Below are positions 8,553 through 19,382 of a DNA stretch of 64,000 nt, piece by piece; within the stretch, counting starts at the first letter, position 1; the number at the start of each line of letters is the position of its first letter. The translations under genes and the position numbers were made by a program. Under the pieces are notes generated by a model that made no database searches, was not told where the DNA came from, and saw nothing but the letters and a program-made list of their open reading frames with translations. This DNA comes from an uncultured virus (IMG/VR IMGVR_UViG_3300021963_000098) (Duplodnaviria; Heunggongvirae; Uroviricota; Caudoviricetes): IMG/VR virus record IMGVR_UViG_3300021963_000098, one strand, 5' to 3'.

Positions 8553-11500
8553 ATGGCGTACATTGGCAACAATCCCTTTGTTGGATTTGCTCCTTTCACA
8601 GTAGATACATTCGTAGGTGATGGCACCACGATAACCTTCACGCTGAGTCAACCCCGTCCGGTAAATCCTCGTAGCATCCTGGTTGTGATCGACGGTGTCA
8701 CTCAGCCAGCAGTGTCAGCATATAATCTTGACGGCAATCTAAATCTTGAGTTCACAGAAGCACCACCAGACGATTCCATAATCACAGTGGTGCACATGCA
8801 CCTGGGTGGAGGATCTGGTAGTGGATCAGCTTCGCCGGGTGAGGTAGTAAATCCTGCAGAACCATTTGATGATTTGATATTTGACGGCACGGTTGGACCT
8901 TTTCAGTTGCGACACGGCGGCGTTGCTGCCAACCCATACAATGAATACTACACGCTGATCTATGTTGACGGCACTTTTAGACGACCACTGATTGATTACA
9001 CAATCAACACAGGCGGCCAGATTACTTTTGTAGGAACACCACCTGCCATTGGTGCTGACTTTTACGGTCTTGACTTTGGAAAAATTTCTATCACAGAAGT
9101 TGTTCCGGGATCATTGAATGAAGATGCATTTGGACTCAGCATTGATTTTGGCGATAGAGATGTTCGCATAGACAATCCTGTGTTGGGCAGACAGTTGGCC
9201 AACAAGCAATGGGTTGAAACCAGCATCCTGGGACAGATACCAACTGACACAACTGACTTGCCAGAAGGCGACAATCTTTATTTTACCATACCTCGTGTGC
9301 GCACAGCATTGAGTGGTGCCGGGCTGATCACATATGATTCACTAACAGGTATTATTGGAATAAATCTTCCTTCCTACCTGGATCTTGCCAACCAGCGCAT
9401 TGACACAAATGCAAGCCCAACATTTATAGACATCACAGCAACCAACAACATGTATGCTGATACATTTGTAGGAGATGTCACTGGAGATGTCACTGGCCAA
9501 GTATCAGACATATCAAACCACACAACAGATGAACTGGCTGAAGATTCATCCCCTGTCAACAAGTGGTTCACAGATCAGCGAGCACAAGATGGCATTGAAT
9601 CTGTATGGGTACATGGAAATCACATTGGTTGTGATGTTTATAGGAATCCTTCGTCAGGACAGTATGAGATAAGAGTTATAATTGGCACAGGAAGCCACAG
9701 CGAAGTAATTACCAATGTAACACAGGCCAACCCTGGAATATTAACAACAATCACTCCGCATGGTTTTGTTGATGGCGACGAAGTGACCATCACTGATGTG
9801 ATTGGCATGACTGAACTCAATGGCAACACATACTTCTTGGATGTGATCAACAGCACACAAGTTAGGCTGTTTACTGATCCTACATTGACAGCATCACTTG
9901 ATACCACAGGATTCACAGCCTACATAAGCAATGGATTTGTTTCAGGCGGTAGTACTGGCGGCACAGTGTTGACCAACACTGACGGACTGCCAGAAGGCCT
10001 CACCAACAAATATTTCACCCTGGCAAGATTCAATGATAGAATCACTTCAGTTAACACAGATGTTTTACCTGTTACAAATAATGTTCACGATCTGGGTAAT
10101 ACATCTTTCCGCTGGAATGATCTTTGGATTGGCGGTCAGTTGCGAATGGGCGGCGGCACAGCACTGTTCAACAACAGCGGCTATCTCGGTTATACAACAG
10201 GTACTGGTAATACATCAGGCAAAATACTTAAAACAACTGACCTAGAAGAAATATCAACAGCAAGATTCTTTACTGAAGCACGTGCCAGATCATCGTTATC
10301 TGCTGGAACCGGGCTGTCTTATAATTCAACATCAGGTGTTTTTGCCAACACTGATTTAGGCAGCAGTCAATTCATATTCAAGACACTGACGGTGGGAGCA
10401 ACCAATGCCACTGCTAAATCAAACACAGATTCATTCACATTCATAGCCGGACCGGCGATTAGTTTGTCAATGGTAAATGGAGCAACACCTGGCACCAGCA
10501 CCTTGACAATTACCAACACTGGAGTCAGAACAGTGGCCGGAACTGGTTCAGTCAGTGCGTCCACTGACCCAAGTGGAAACGTCACTGTAACCAGTTCCGC
10601 ACTGACATCAGTAACAGCAGGCACAGGCATAACAGTAGGACCAGTTTCTTCTGGAACTCAGACCATCACAAACTCAGGCATATTAGATGTCACAGCTAGC
10701 ACAGGTATACAAGTAATTAAATCTGCTGGCGCTGCCACAATCAGCAACACTGGATTGCTTTTTGTTAGTTCTGGTGCAGGTATCTCTGTGTCGTCTTTCC
10801 TTAGCGGTGTGCAAACCATCAGCAACGGCGGAGTAATAAGCATATTACCAGCAGGCGGTGTTTCCGCCAGATTGACACAGTCTTTCAATGCAGTGTCCGG
10901 CCAATCAACCATTGATATGGCCAGTTCGGGTGTGGTAGCAGGCACATACAACAATATCACTGTGGACGTATACGGTCGTGCCACAGTTGGCGCCAATCAA
11001 GATTATGCCAAAACAGTGACACTGACAGGAGATGTTACTGGATCAGGAACAAGTGTATCTGGTGTTGCTTCGTTTGCTACCACCCTTGCAAACACCACAG
11101 TCACTGCCGCGGCATATGGAACTACCACAGCAAAGACAGTTTCTTTCACAGTGGACGCCAAAGGAAGGTTAACTGCGGCATCAGAAGCAAATATTTCAAT
11201 CACTGCTAGCCAGGTTTCAGATTTTACAACAGCGGCAAGATTAACAGTATCAGATGGTACCGGACTTGATTACAATGCCACTAGCGGTGTATTTTCAATA
11301 GATACCACAGTAGTAACATCATCTGACAGCATCAACAAACTAAGTGATGTTGATACTATAACAGTTTTACCAATTACCAACAATATTCTTTACTGGAATG
11401 GCACATACTGGCGCCCTGGTAATCAGCCGTTCGCAACATCAGCATTGGGAAGCGTAAGTGGCAATACAATCTTAGATGCAGCCGCAGCCGCACATTTTAG

Positions 11501-11741
11501 TGCGACGATTGCAGGTGCAACAACATTCTTCTTTACAGTGGATGCAACATCTCCAGTAAACGTTCTTATGGTAGAACTAACCAATCCAGGAGCATTTGGC
11601 ATTGTCTGGCCAGCTACGGTAAAGTGGCCCGGAGGATCTCCTCCTACATTTACTGTGAGCGGAGTTGACCTATTGGTGTTTATTTCCAGAGATGGCGGTA
11701 CAATCTGGCGTGGTGCAATGATTCAGCAGGACAGCAGATGA
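8553..11741 (+). CDS. Long tail fibre/baseplate-associated protein
   Basis: MAYIGN...FVGDG start, TDxLPEG.NxYFT repeats, E1-FCCH-like segment ITNVTQANPG..T..PHGF.DGDEV.I.DV.GMTELNG, C-term VKWPGGSPPT. Confidence 0.75.
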   Translation: MAYIGNNPFVGFAPFTVDTFVGDGTTITFTLSQPRPVNPRSILVVIDGVTQPAVSAYNLDGNLNLEFTEAPPDDSIITVVHMHLGGGSGSGSASPGEVVNPAEPFDDLIFDGTVGPFQLRHGGVAANPYNEYYTLIYVDGTFRRPLIDYTINTGGQITFVGTPPAIGADFYGLDFGKISITEVVPGSLNEDAFGLSIDFGDRDVRIDNPVLGRQLANKQWVETSILGQIPTDTTDLPEGDNLYFTIPRVRTALSGAGLITYDSLTGIIGINLPSYLDLANQRIDTNASPTFIDITATNNMYADTFVGDVTGDVTGQVSDISNHTTDELAEDSSPVNKWFTDQRAQDGIESVWVHGNHIGCDVYRNPSSGQYEIRVIIGTGSHSEVITNVTQANPGILTTITPHGFVDGDEVTITDVIGMTELNGNTYFLDVINSTQVRLFTDPTLTASLDTTGFTAYISNGFVSGGSTGGTVLTNTDGLPEGLTNKYFTLARFNDRITSVNTDVLPVTNNVHDLGNTSFRWNDLWIGGQLRMGGGTALFNNSGYLGYTTGTGNTSGKILKTTDLEEISTARFFTEARARSSLSAGTGLSYNSTSGVFANTDLGSSQFIFKTLTVGATNATAKSNTDSFTFIAGPAISLSMVNGATPGTSTLTITNTGVRTVAGTGSVSASTDPSGNVTVTSSALTSVTAGTGITVGPVSSGTQTITNSGILDVTASTGIQVIKSAGAATISNTGLLFVSSGAGISVSSFLSGVQTISNGGVISILPAGGVSARLTQSFNAVSGQSTIDMASSGVVAGTYNNITVDVYGRATVGANQDYAKTVTLTGDVTGSGTSVSGVASFATTLANTTVTAAAYGTTTAKTVSFTVDAKGRLTAASEANISITASQVSDFTTAARLTVSDGTGLDYNATSGVFSIDTTVVTSSDSINKLSDVDTITVLPITNNILYWNGTYWRPGNQPFATSALGSVSGNTILDAAAAAHFSATIAGATTFFFTVDATSPVNVLMVELTNPGAFGIVWPATVKWPGGSPPTFTVSGVDLLVFISRDGGTIWRGAMIQQDSR

Positions 11742-13261
11742 CCAGACCATCACTATTAGCAATTATTGCAGAACAATCAAATTACATTGCGCCAGTATAT
11801 AAGGCGCTGAGTTATGAGCGTGTGACTGCTAATTTGTCCGCAACATCAGATGGCAGGATTATCAGATTTCGTCCTCGATTTGATACTTCCAACAATCAAT
11901 ATTTGGCTATCGGGGATGCAGTGGCAACTTCAGGATACATGGCTCGTTGGGTAAAGCTAGATTCTACAGGAAGTTTGTCTTGGTCTAGATACAACACTCT
12001 TGGACAAGGTGCCATCGAAAAACCCTGGTCAGTGGTCAGTGTGTTTCCAGACAGCACCAATACCTATTACTATATCATGGCCATAAGCAATCTGCAAAAT
12101 GCACAAGGCTACAGCTATCCAATCATAGCAAAATTCAACATGTCAACTCATGCTCGCATCTGGCAATTTAGATACGGTGCGTTGCTCAAAGGATCAACCG
12201 GAGGCAGGCAGGCACCTTTTGCAGTATACGATGCCTCGGACGATTCAATTTATTTTGTGTCAGATGTGCAGTCTGGCACCACAAGTACCAGTTACATGGG
12301 TCTGCACAAAGTAGATGGCAATACCGGCGCTTTGCTCATGAGTAAAACATCTGGCAACGGAGTTGCCACCAACTATGGAAATCAAAACCCAATCTTGGCG
12401 CTGGAGCAGTTTGGAAGTTATTTGTATCTAGGAACCTATATTGGAAATCAGATTTCAGTGACCAAATTTTCCAAGACAGATTTTTCCAAAGTATGGGGCA
12501 AAGTCACTGCAGGATTAGGAACTTTCAATACCAACCTCAGCGGCCCTGCCATGTCTGTGGATCAAAACGGCACTGTGTTTGTTGCTGCCAATCGTGCTAC
12601 CACATCACAAACCATTATTGTCAGAGTACCACCCGACGGGTCAAGCATGAATTATATTCATGTGGATCGTCCCACTTATGCTGGCATGGTTACCACGGCA
12701 ACCACTACAAATTTGAATCTAGGTCCAGAATCCATAGTGGTTGACAACGACAGCAACATTTATATTGTGTACGGTACAAGAACAATCACAGGGTATACTG
12801 CGGTTGATTCAAGATGCATTGTTGGAAAAATTTCATGGGGAGATGTTGACTGGCGATGGCTCAAAGCTACAGATATTATCCGCCAAGATACTGGCGCAAA
12901 CATTGGCATCAGTGACGGTTATGCAATTGGAATCAATCAGAATCTGCTGTATGTCAATGCTGTCTGCGATGTTACTTTTTCTGGATTGAATGTGGACAAC
13001 AATGCTCAGTGGCAAACACTGCAACTTAAATTTGATAAAGACGGAAAATTACTGACCAATGGAGGTGTTGTTGGAACTTTTGCTGCCAATCGTCGAGCCA
13101 TAAAAACAGTTGATGTAACACCTACCACAATAACAGCATTTACCTATGCTGGCACAACCAGCACTCATTTTGCAACTATGACCAATACAGGAGCAACAGC
13201 AACAGCAATCTCAACCACAGTGACTGCGGAGTCAACAGATTATGTCAATAAGTACAACTAA
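11738..13261 (+). CDS. Putative beta-propeller receptor-binding/fibre tip protein
   Basis: Repeated K(F/L/V)D..G...W blade-like motifs; ATGA-coupled to the upstream fibre. Confidence 0.55.
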   Translation: MTRPSLLAIIAEQSNYIAPVYKALSYERVTANLSATSDGRIIRFRPRFDTSNNQYLAIGDAVATSGYMARWVKLDSTGSLSWSRYNTLGQGAIEKPWSVVSVFPDSTNTYYYIMAISNLQNAQGYSYPIIAKFNMSTHARIWQFRYGALLKGSTGGRQAPFAVYDASDDSIYFVSDVQSGTTSTSYMGLHKVDGNTGALLMSKTSGNGVATNYGNQNPILALEQFGSYLYLGTYIGNQISVTKFSKTDFSKVWGKVTAGLGTFNTNLSGPAMSVDQNGTVFVAANRATTSQTIIVRVPPDGSSMNYIHVDRPTYAGMVTTATTTNLNLGPESIVVDNDSNIYIVYGTRTITGYTAVDSRCIVGKISWGDVDWRWLKATDIIRQDTGANIGISDGYAIGINQNLLYVNAVCDVTFSGLNVDNNAQWQTLQLKFDKDGKLLTNGGVVGTFAANRRAIKTVDVTPTTITAFTYAGTTSTHFATMTNTGATATAISTTVTAESTDYVNKYN

Positions 13262-13262
13262 C

Positions 13263-13727
13263 ATGATATACGCACTTGTAAAAAACAAAACAATAGTAGA
13301 AGGTCCCAGGGCATTGCCAGAAAACTGGGAAAATGTTTCACGCCTGGATCTTTTTCCAGCAGAAACTTTGCTAGAGCTTGGGTGGTATCCAGTAGTAACA
13401 GACAGTGTTCCATCACACAACAGATCCACACAATATCTGGTAACACAGTACGTGGTTGAAGAAACACAGGTCCTTGAAACATTCACAGTTGTGGATTTTA
13501 CCGCTGAAGAGCTCAGTGAATCTGCTGAGCAAGCCTGGATACAACTTCGCAGGGAACGAGATCAATTTTTATCCGAGTCTGATTGGACAGAATTACCGTC
13601 GGTACGAGCAAGTCGCTCAGCAGAATGGGCTGCTGAATGGGACAACTATCGTCAAGCCCTGCGCGACATCACCGATAACACAAGCATAGATAAGGTGGTT
13701 TGGCCTGAAAAACCTAGTTCAAAATGA
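13263..13727 (+). CDS. Tail fibre assembly chaperone
   Basis: C-term LRRERDQFLSESDW...W.NYRQALRDIT...WPEKP. Confidence 0.8.
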   Translation: MIYALVKNKTIVEGPRALPENWENVSRLDLFPAETLLELGWYPVVTDSVPSHNRSTQYLVTQYVVEETQVLETFTVVDFTAEELSESAEQAWIQLRRERDQFLSESDWTELPSVRASRSAEWAAEWDNYRQALRDITDNTSIDKVVWPEKPSSK

Positions 13728-13766
13728 TCCAAACTCCAATGCTCTGCTATTGATAAATAACTTATC

Positions 13767-14519
13767 ATGAGCTTGACACGTGTTCCGCGTCGGATGCTGG
13801 ATGTTGATATTGCTGATCAGCAATATGTCCTGGATCAAATAGACGCATTAACCACAGACGACATCGAAGAAGGTGCGTTACATCGCTACTTCACCGAAGG
13901 TCGCGCCAGGACTGCCTTAGGAGTAACAGGCGGTCTACTTTCTTACGATTCAGCAACAGGAACCATTGGACTCACATCAACAGCAATCACAACAGTTGCT
14001 CGTGCGGCGCTGATTGTCACAGGAGATTTGTCCTACAACGCTACTACTGGCGTTTTGAGCTATACTGGAATCTCAGTAGAAGGTGTACAAGATGCGGCAG
14101 CGGCCCTATTAACCAATGGTGTTCACAATCATATCACAGCAGTTTACGACGATGCAAACAATCGTGTAAACTTGTCTATGATTTTTCCTAGCTCGGATGA
14201 GATAGTTGAAGGAACAACAAATTTATTTTACACAGACGCAAGAGCTCGATCAGCATTGCAATCTGGCGACGGAATTTATTATGATGTAGTTTCAGGTGCA
14301 ATCAACGTAAACCCATTTTTTGGCTACATTGAAGTACCTGGAAAAGATCCGGTTATAGCAGACACAGCTGGATCAAGTTTCAAAATTGTAGCAGGATCTG
14401 GAATGAGTATTAACACCATTCCAGCACAGAATACTATAGTGCTTTCTTCATCTGGCGGCGGGGCTGGCGGATCAGCTGACCCGTTGGAGATATTGAGCGC
14501 GGCAATGATTTACGGATAA
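13767..14519 (+). CDS. Virion fibre-like protein
   Basis: TDDIEEG...YFTEGRAR and SDEIVEGTTNLFYTDARAR repeats shared with 8553 gene. Confidence 0.65.
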   Translation: MSLTRVPRRMLDVDIADQQYVLDQIDALTTDDIEEGALHRYFTEGRARTALGVTGGLLSYDSATGTIGLTSTAITTVARAALIVTGDLSYNATTGVLSYTGISVEGVQDAAAALLTNGVHNHITAVYDDANNRVNLSMIFPSSDEIVEGTTNLFYTDARARSALQSGDGIYYDVVSGAINVNPFFGYIEVPGKDPVIADTAGSSFKIVAGSGMSINTIPAQNTIVLSSSGGGAGGSADPLEILSAAMIYG

Positions 14520-14525
14520 AACGAC

Positions 14526-14864
14526 ATGGCAAGTACAGACCTTAGAAACGTGATTAGTCCAGGCTGCGGTACAACCGAAACGGTTTTGCTGTCCACAACT
14601 GTGACTAAATATGCAGTAATACTAGGTTTCAACATTGCCAATGTTACAGAAGATGCAATACACGTGAGTGCAAAAGTACTAGATGATGATTCAAGTGTGG
14701 CAGTTTGGCTGTTCAAGGACATTGAAATTTTGCCAGGATGCTCGTTGGTAGCATGCGGCGGAGATCAGAAGTTCAACATGTACTATCAGCAGAGTTTGAT
14801 CGTGGTAGCAGATACAGATGACAGCGCCGATGTGCTGGTTAGTTATAGTGAGATTACACCATAA
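14526..14864 (+). CDS. Small virion structural protein (paralog of 8170)
   Basis: IEILPGCSLV..GGDQK...SADVLVSYSEIT. Confidence 0.65.
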   Translation: MASTDLRNVISPGCGTTETVLLSTTVTKYAVILGFNIANVTEDAIHVSAKVLDDDSSVAVWLFKDIEILPGCSLVACGGDQKFNMYYQQSLIVVADTDDSADVLVSYSEITP

Positions 14865-15214
14865 TGAGCAAATATATTGGACAAAGCCCAGATAGCGAAG
14901 CCATAAGGCTCAATCGCTTTTTCTACGGGCTCAGACGTGACGAAACAGGAACACTGTATCTAGCCAGATTTGACAGTCGCAGTGGATCTGATACGTTGAC
15001 CATAAACAACCCCGGGGAAGCAACTGATAACTGGGAAGGTTTTGAAGCAGGAATAGATTTTTTTGAAGGGCGTGGCCTGGACCACGAGCTTACATACGCC
15101 AATATCAACTACGAGCAATATCGCTGGGATGAAAGAATGTTGGCGTACTATCTAAACGAAGACGGCGAACTGGTGTTAAAATACGGTAACCGTTCTTATC
15201 CAGAAGATGTCTGA
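14864..15214 (+). CDS. Hypothetical virion protein
   Basis: TAATG coupling; FYGLRRD.TG.LY and YYLNEDGELV motifs. Confidence 0.6.
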   Translation: MSKYIGQSPDSEAIRLNRFFYGLRRDETGTLYLARFDSRSGSDTLTINNPGEATDNWEGFEAGIDFFEGRGLDHELTYANINYEQYRWDERMLAYYLNEDGELVLKYGNRSYPEDV

Positions 15215-15241
15215 TAAATAACTCAAGGCGAGGACAAGCAT

Positions 15242-18200
15242 ATGGCAGAATTTAAGCTAGGTAGATTGAAGTTCGTTTGGCGCGGTGACTGGACAAATAG
15301 TCATCCTTATGTCAAGGACGATGTAGTCAAATACGGCGGACGAGTATACGTTTGCACAGCAGGACACACTTCAGACTCTGATTTAGGTCAGGGTTTCTAT
15401 GATGACGAAGGCCTTGGTCGCTGGGAGCTCATGGTAGATGGCACCGATTTCCGCGGTGCATGGACTGCAACAGAAGACTACAACGAAAACGACATTGTTA
15501 CCTATGGCGGTATCATTTACATTTGTAATACCAACCATGTGTCCCAAGCCAGACTGGAATTAGACCAGTCAAAATGGACAGTGTACACAAGAGGGTTTGA
15601 TTGGAAAGGCACCTACTCGCATGCCCCTACCACTTACAAGGTAAATGACCTAGTTCGTTGGGGCGCCAATGTGTATGTGTGTACAAGCGCACACACAACC
15701 TCATCTGCTGTGCTCAACCTATCATACTTCACACTGTTTGTCAGCGGCCTAGAATTTGAAAACAGCTGGAGCTCTGTGACCACATATCAGACAGGTGACA
15801 TTGTTACCTATGGTGGATATGTTTACGTGGCCACACAGGATCACTCTAACCAAACTCCTGCACCAACCAGCGCATACTGGGATGTTGTAACAACCGGTTA
15901 CAACAACCGAGGCGAATACTCTGGTGCCACTGCATACAAAACAGGTGATGTGGTACGCTACGGCGGAAACACATATGAAGCAATACTAGACGCCACTGGC
16001 ATCAGTTGCTTGGATACAGGCTATTGGAAATTGTTGGTTGAAGGATTTAATTTCCGTTCAACCTGGGTCAATGCCACGCTTTATCGAGTGAATGATGTGG
16101 TGAGTTATGGTTCCAGCACATACATTGCTATACAAGAACACACTGCCAACACAGGCACCAATCGTCCAGACGTTGATATCACCAACGTGTACTGGAACGT
16201 GCTTGCAGAAGGCGATTCCAATTATGTATTGACCACACGCGGTGATTTGCTCACACGCGGTGCGGCAGCCAACGTTCGACTGGGCATTGGTGCCAATGGT
16301 ACCATGTTGCGTAGTGATGGCACAGACGCCAGCTGGGAATATTATGGCATTGTTCCTAATGTTTACTATGTTTCCACAACAGGTACAGATGATCCAACAT
16401 ATGGCCAGTCAGTGGACAAGCCATGGAGAACAGTCAAGTACGCATGCGAACGTGTGGCACTTGGCACTGACTTTTCTAACGCCAGTGCATTGATTGATCT
16501 AAATCAAAGCTGGATGGTCAGAGAAATGTATCAGTGGATGATCTATCAGAAGAGCATCTCGGCAGCACCATTCTCACCAAGCTCTGTGTTTGATCAGGCC
16601 TCAACTCTGCGCGATGCACAATACATTGTGGAAGCGGTGCAGTATGACTTGACACATGGTTCAAATGCACAAACAGTGGCAGCAACACTGGCATACTTTG
16701 AAAACTCATCAACATTTTACAATGCAGCCACAGCAGCCGCAATGCCTTATATCATTGCCGCAATGGGCAAACTGCGAGATTTGATGTTGAATGCTGTGGG
16801 CAATACAGCACCAGCAAACAATTATCAAACACTAACCAGCTATACTCCGGCTATCAACCAGACTATCAATTTGTCATACACAGCAGAAGCAAATACTTCT
16901 TCTACTATCACAAATTTGTTTTTGATCCTTACAACAGCACTCACAGCAGGATCCACAACCAGTGTGCCAATTGCGACCACTGGTTCTACCAACACAATCT
17001 TTATCAAGACTGGTACCTTTGCTGAAATTCTTCCAATCAGTATTCCTGAAAACACTGCACTAGTAGGCGATGAACTGCGTGGAACTATCATAGAACCAGC
17101 CGCAGGATATGCCACTGCAAACATGTTCTACATGAGAAACGCAACTGGTCTTCGTAACATGACCTTGCGTGGCCTCAACGGCGGATTAGGTGCTCCGGGA
17201 GCATCAGGCACACGTAGAACCACAGGCGGATCATTTGTTTCACTAGATCCAGGCACTGGAACTGAGGATGCTTCTGTTTGGATTCGCAACAAGAGTCCAT
17301 ATGTGCAAAACGTGTCAACATTTGGTTACGGCGTCAATGGTGTCAAAGTTGACGGCAGTTTGCATGGCGGCGGCAACAGATCAATTGTGGCCAACGATTT
17401 TACACAGGTTATCTCAGATGGTATTGGCGCATGGGCATTGAACCTAGGACGCATGGAATTGGTTTCTGTGTTTACCTACTATGCTTACATGGGTTATTTG
17501 ACTGAGCTAGGCGGTACGATTCGTGCTACCAACGGCAACAACTCATATGGAACATATGGTTCTGTGTCTGAAGGTGTTGACCCAACAGAAACAGGCCAAC
17601 ATGCCACAGTAAACAACTATTCAAACGAAGCCCAGGTTGACAACGTGTTGGTTGGCGGCGGACAGATACTTCGTGTGGAATATTCATACACTGGTCAAAA
17701 CTACACATCAGCATCCATTGGCTTCAGTGGCAACGGTGCAGGTGCCAGTGCCACAATGAATTTTGCAAACAATGCAGTGGCACATGTAAAAGTAACAGCA
17801 GGTGGTTCGGGTTATCAGTCAGTGACCAACAATGCACAGAGTGGAACCAGCACAACAATCAGACTAGCAACCAGCGACTCTGCGGTAACCGGTGGCTACA
17901 ACGGCATGAGAATTGTGCTGATCGATGGCTCAGGTGCAGGGCAAACTGGTATCATAAGCTCATTCAATGGTGGTACCAAAGAAGCTACCATTGTGGACGA
18001 TCTGGGCAATCCTGGATTTACTTCCATCCAAGGTGCCGGCATTGCAGCCACACTGGATTCAACCACACGATACACAATTGAACCTCGTGTTCAGGTATCT
18101 GGCGGTACACCTTCAACCCCAGCAGAATTGCGTGTGGTTGTGGAAGCAGGTTCAATCACAGGAATCAGGATCATCAATTGCGGTGCAGGATATGCATCTG

Positions 18201-19372
18201 CGCCGGCCCTGACAATCACAGACCCCAATGCCACTGTGGCAGCTACATTCACAACAACATTGACCACATCTGGTGCTATTGCTCCTCCAACATTCTTGTC
18301 AAGAGGTGCAGGTTACACTTCGTCTAGTGCAATCATATCAGGCGACGGTTTTGCTGACATTGAACAAGTGGGTGGCTATCTAAACGTAAGCAATCTGGTG
18401 GCAGCACCCAAGGCAGGTTCAAACTTGATAATTACTGGTGACCCAACATACTATCGTATTGTTGCAGTTACTAACCTAACGCTGGCAGGATCAGTTTACA
18501 ATGCAAGACTGCAAGTTAGTCCCTACATTGCATCAACTACACCACCGGCTCATGCGGCAGTGATTGACATTTATGAAAGATACTCCAACGTTCGATTGAC
18601 TGGCCACGACTTCTTGAACATTGGCTTTGGTAATCTAGCACAAGCCAACTATCCAGGCGAAACAGAGCTGGAACTGATTCAAGCCAACGAAGTGGTTGAA
18701 TACGGCGGCGGACGAGTGTTCTACACGTCAACTGACCAAGATGGTAACTTCCGTGTGGGTGAACTGTTCCGAGTAGAACAGGCCACTGGTATCGCTACAT
18801 TGAACGCTGACGCATTTAACTTGAGTGGTTTGACATCATTGCAATTGGGTTCAGTTGCACTGGGCGGAACAGGCGCTGTGATCAGCGAGTTCTCCACAGA
18901 CCCAACTTTTGTTGCCAACTCTGACAGCATCTTGCCAACGCAACGTGCCATCAAGAGCTTTGTTACCAACCTTGTGGGCGGTGGCGGATCGGCACTGGTT
19001 GCAACCAGTATTGAGCTAGGCGACATGTTCTTGACTGGACAAACAATAACAAGTCTGCATGCAAAAGACTTAATTCTTGCTGCCAACGGCACAAATGAAG
19101 TATCGTTTACAAGTCGTCCAAAAACTGCATTGGTTCCAACAACAGGTGTGCATTTGACCAACAAAACCTATGTTGATGCCATTGCTCGTCCACAGGGACA
19201 TGCAGTGAATTGGTCAACTACTACAGGTGAAATGGTATATTCATCAGCAAGCGGTAACACAGGAACAGACGTCCTGACAGTGAACCAAGCCGGCGGCGAC
19301 ACTGTGTTTGTTAGCAACTACGACGCTAGCATCACGGTAAATAGCAGCGGACATATGATCATCAACTTGTAA
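15242..19372 (+). CDS. Large tail/baseplate protein with tandem CBM5/12-like repeats and a beta-helix-like region
   Basis: About six WxGxW/Y...Y...DVVxYGG..YVC...H repeats, then IFIKTG.F.E.LPI.IP....LVGDELR and SPYVQN motifs. Confidence 0.75.
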   Translation: MAEFKLGRLKFVWRGDWTNSHPYVKDDVVKYGGRVYVCTAGHTSDSDLGQGFYDDEGLGRWELMVDGTDFRGAWTATEDYNENDIVTYGGIIYICNTNHVSQARLELDQSKWTVYTRGFDWKGTYSHAPTTYKVNDLVRWGANVYVCTSAHTTSSAVLNLSYFTLFVSGLEFENSWSSVTTYQTGDIVTYGGYVYVATQDHSNQTPAPTSAYWDVVTTGYNNRGEYSGATAYKTGDVVRYGGNTYEAILDATGISCLDTGYWKLLVEGFNFRSTWVNATLYRVNDVVSYGSSTYIAIQEHTANTGTNRPDVDITNVYWNVLAEGDSNYVLTTRGDLLTRGAAANVRLGIGANGTMLRSDGTDASWEYYGIVPNVYYVSTTGTDDPTYGQSVDKPWRTVKYACERVALGTDFSNASALIDLNQSWMVREMYQWMIYQKSISAAPFSPSSVFDQASTLRDAQYIVEAVQYDLTHGSNAQTVAATLAYFENSSTFYNAATAAAMPYIIAAMGKLRDLMLNAVGNTAPANNYQTLTSYTPAINQTINLSYTAEANTSSTITNLFLILTTALTAGSTTSVPIATTGSTNTIFIKTGTFAEILPISIPENTALVGDELRGTIIEPAAGYATANMFYMRNATGLRNMTLRGLNGGLGAPGASGTRRTTGGSFVSLDPGTGTEDASVWIRNKSPYVQNVSTFGYGVNGVKVDGSLHGGGNRSIVANDFTQVISDGIGAWALNLGRMELVSVFTYYAYMGYLTELGGTIRATNGNNSYGTYGSVSEGVDPTETGQHATVNNYSNEAQVDNVLVGGGQILRVEYSYTGQNYTSASIGFSGNGAGASATMNFANNAVAHVKVTAGGSGYQSVTNNAQSGTSTTIRLATSDSAVTGGYNGMRIVLIDGSGAGQTGIISSFNGGTKEATIVDDLGNPGFTSIQGAGIAATLDSTTRYTIEPRVQVSGGTPSTPAELRVVVEAGSITGIRIINCGAGYASAPALTITDPNATVAATFTTTLTTSGAIAPPTFLSRGAGYTSSSAIISGDGFADIEQVGGYLNVSNLVAAPKAGSNLIITGDPTYYRIVAVTNLTLAGSVYNARLQVSPYIASTTPPAHAAVIDIYERYSNVRLTGHDFLNIGFGNLAQANYPGETELELIQANEVVEYGGGRVFYTSTDQDGNFRVGELFRVEQATGIATLNADAFNLSGLTSLQLGSVALGGTGAVISEFSTDPTFVANSDSILPTQRAIKSFVTNLVGGGGSALVATSIELGDMFLTGQTITSLHAKDLILAANGTNEVSFTSRPKTALVPTTGVHLTNKTYVDAIARPQGHAVNWSTTTGEMVYSSASGNTGTDVLTVNQAGGDTVFVSNYDASITVNSSGHMIINL

Positions 19373-19382
19373 GGAATATTAA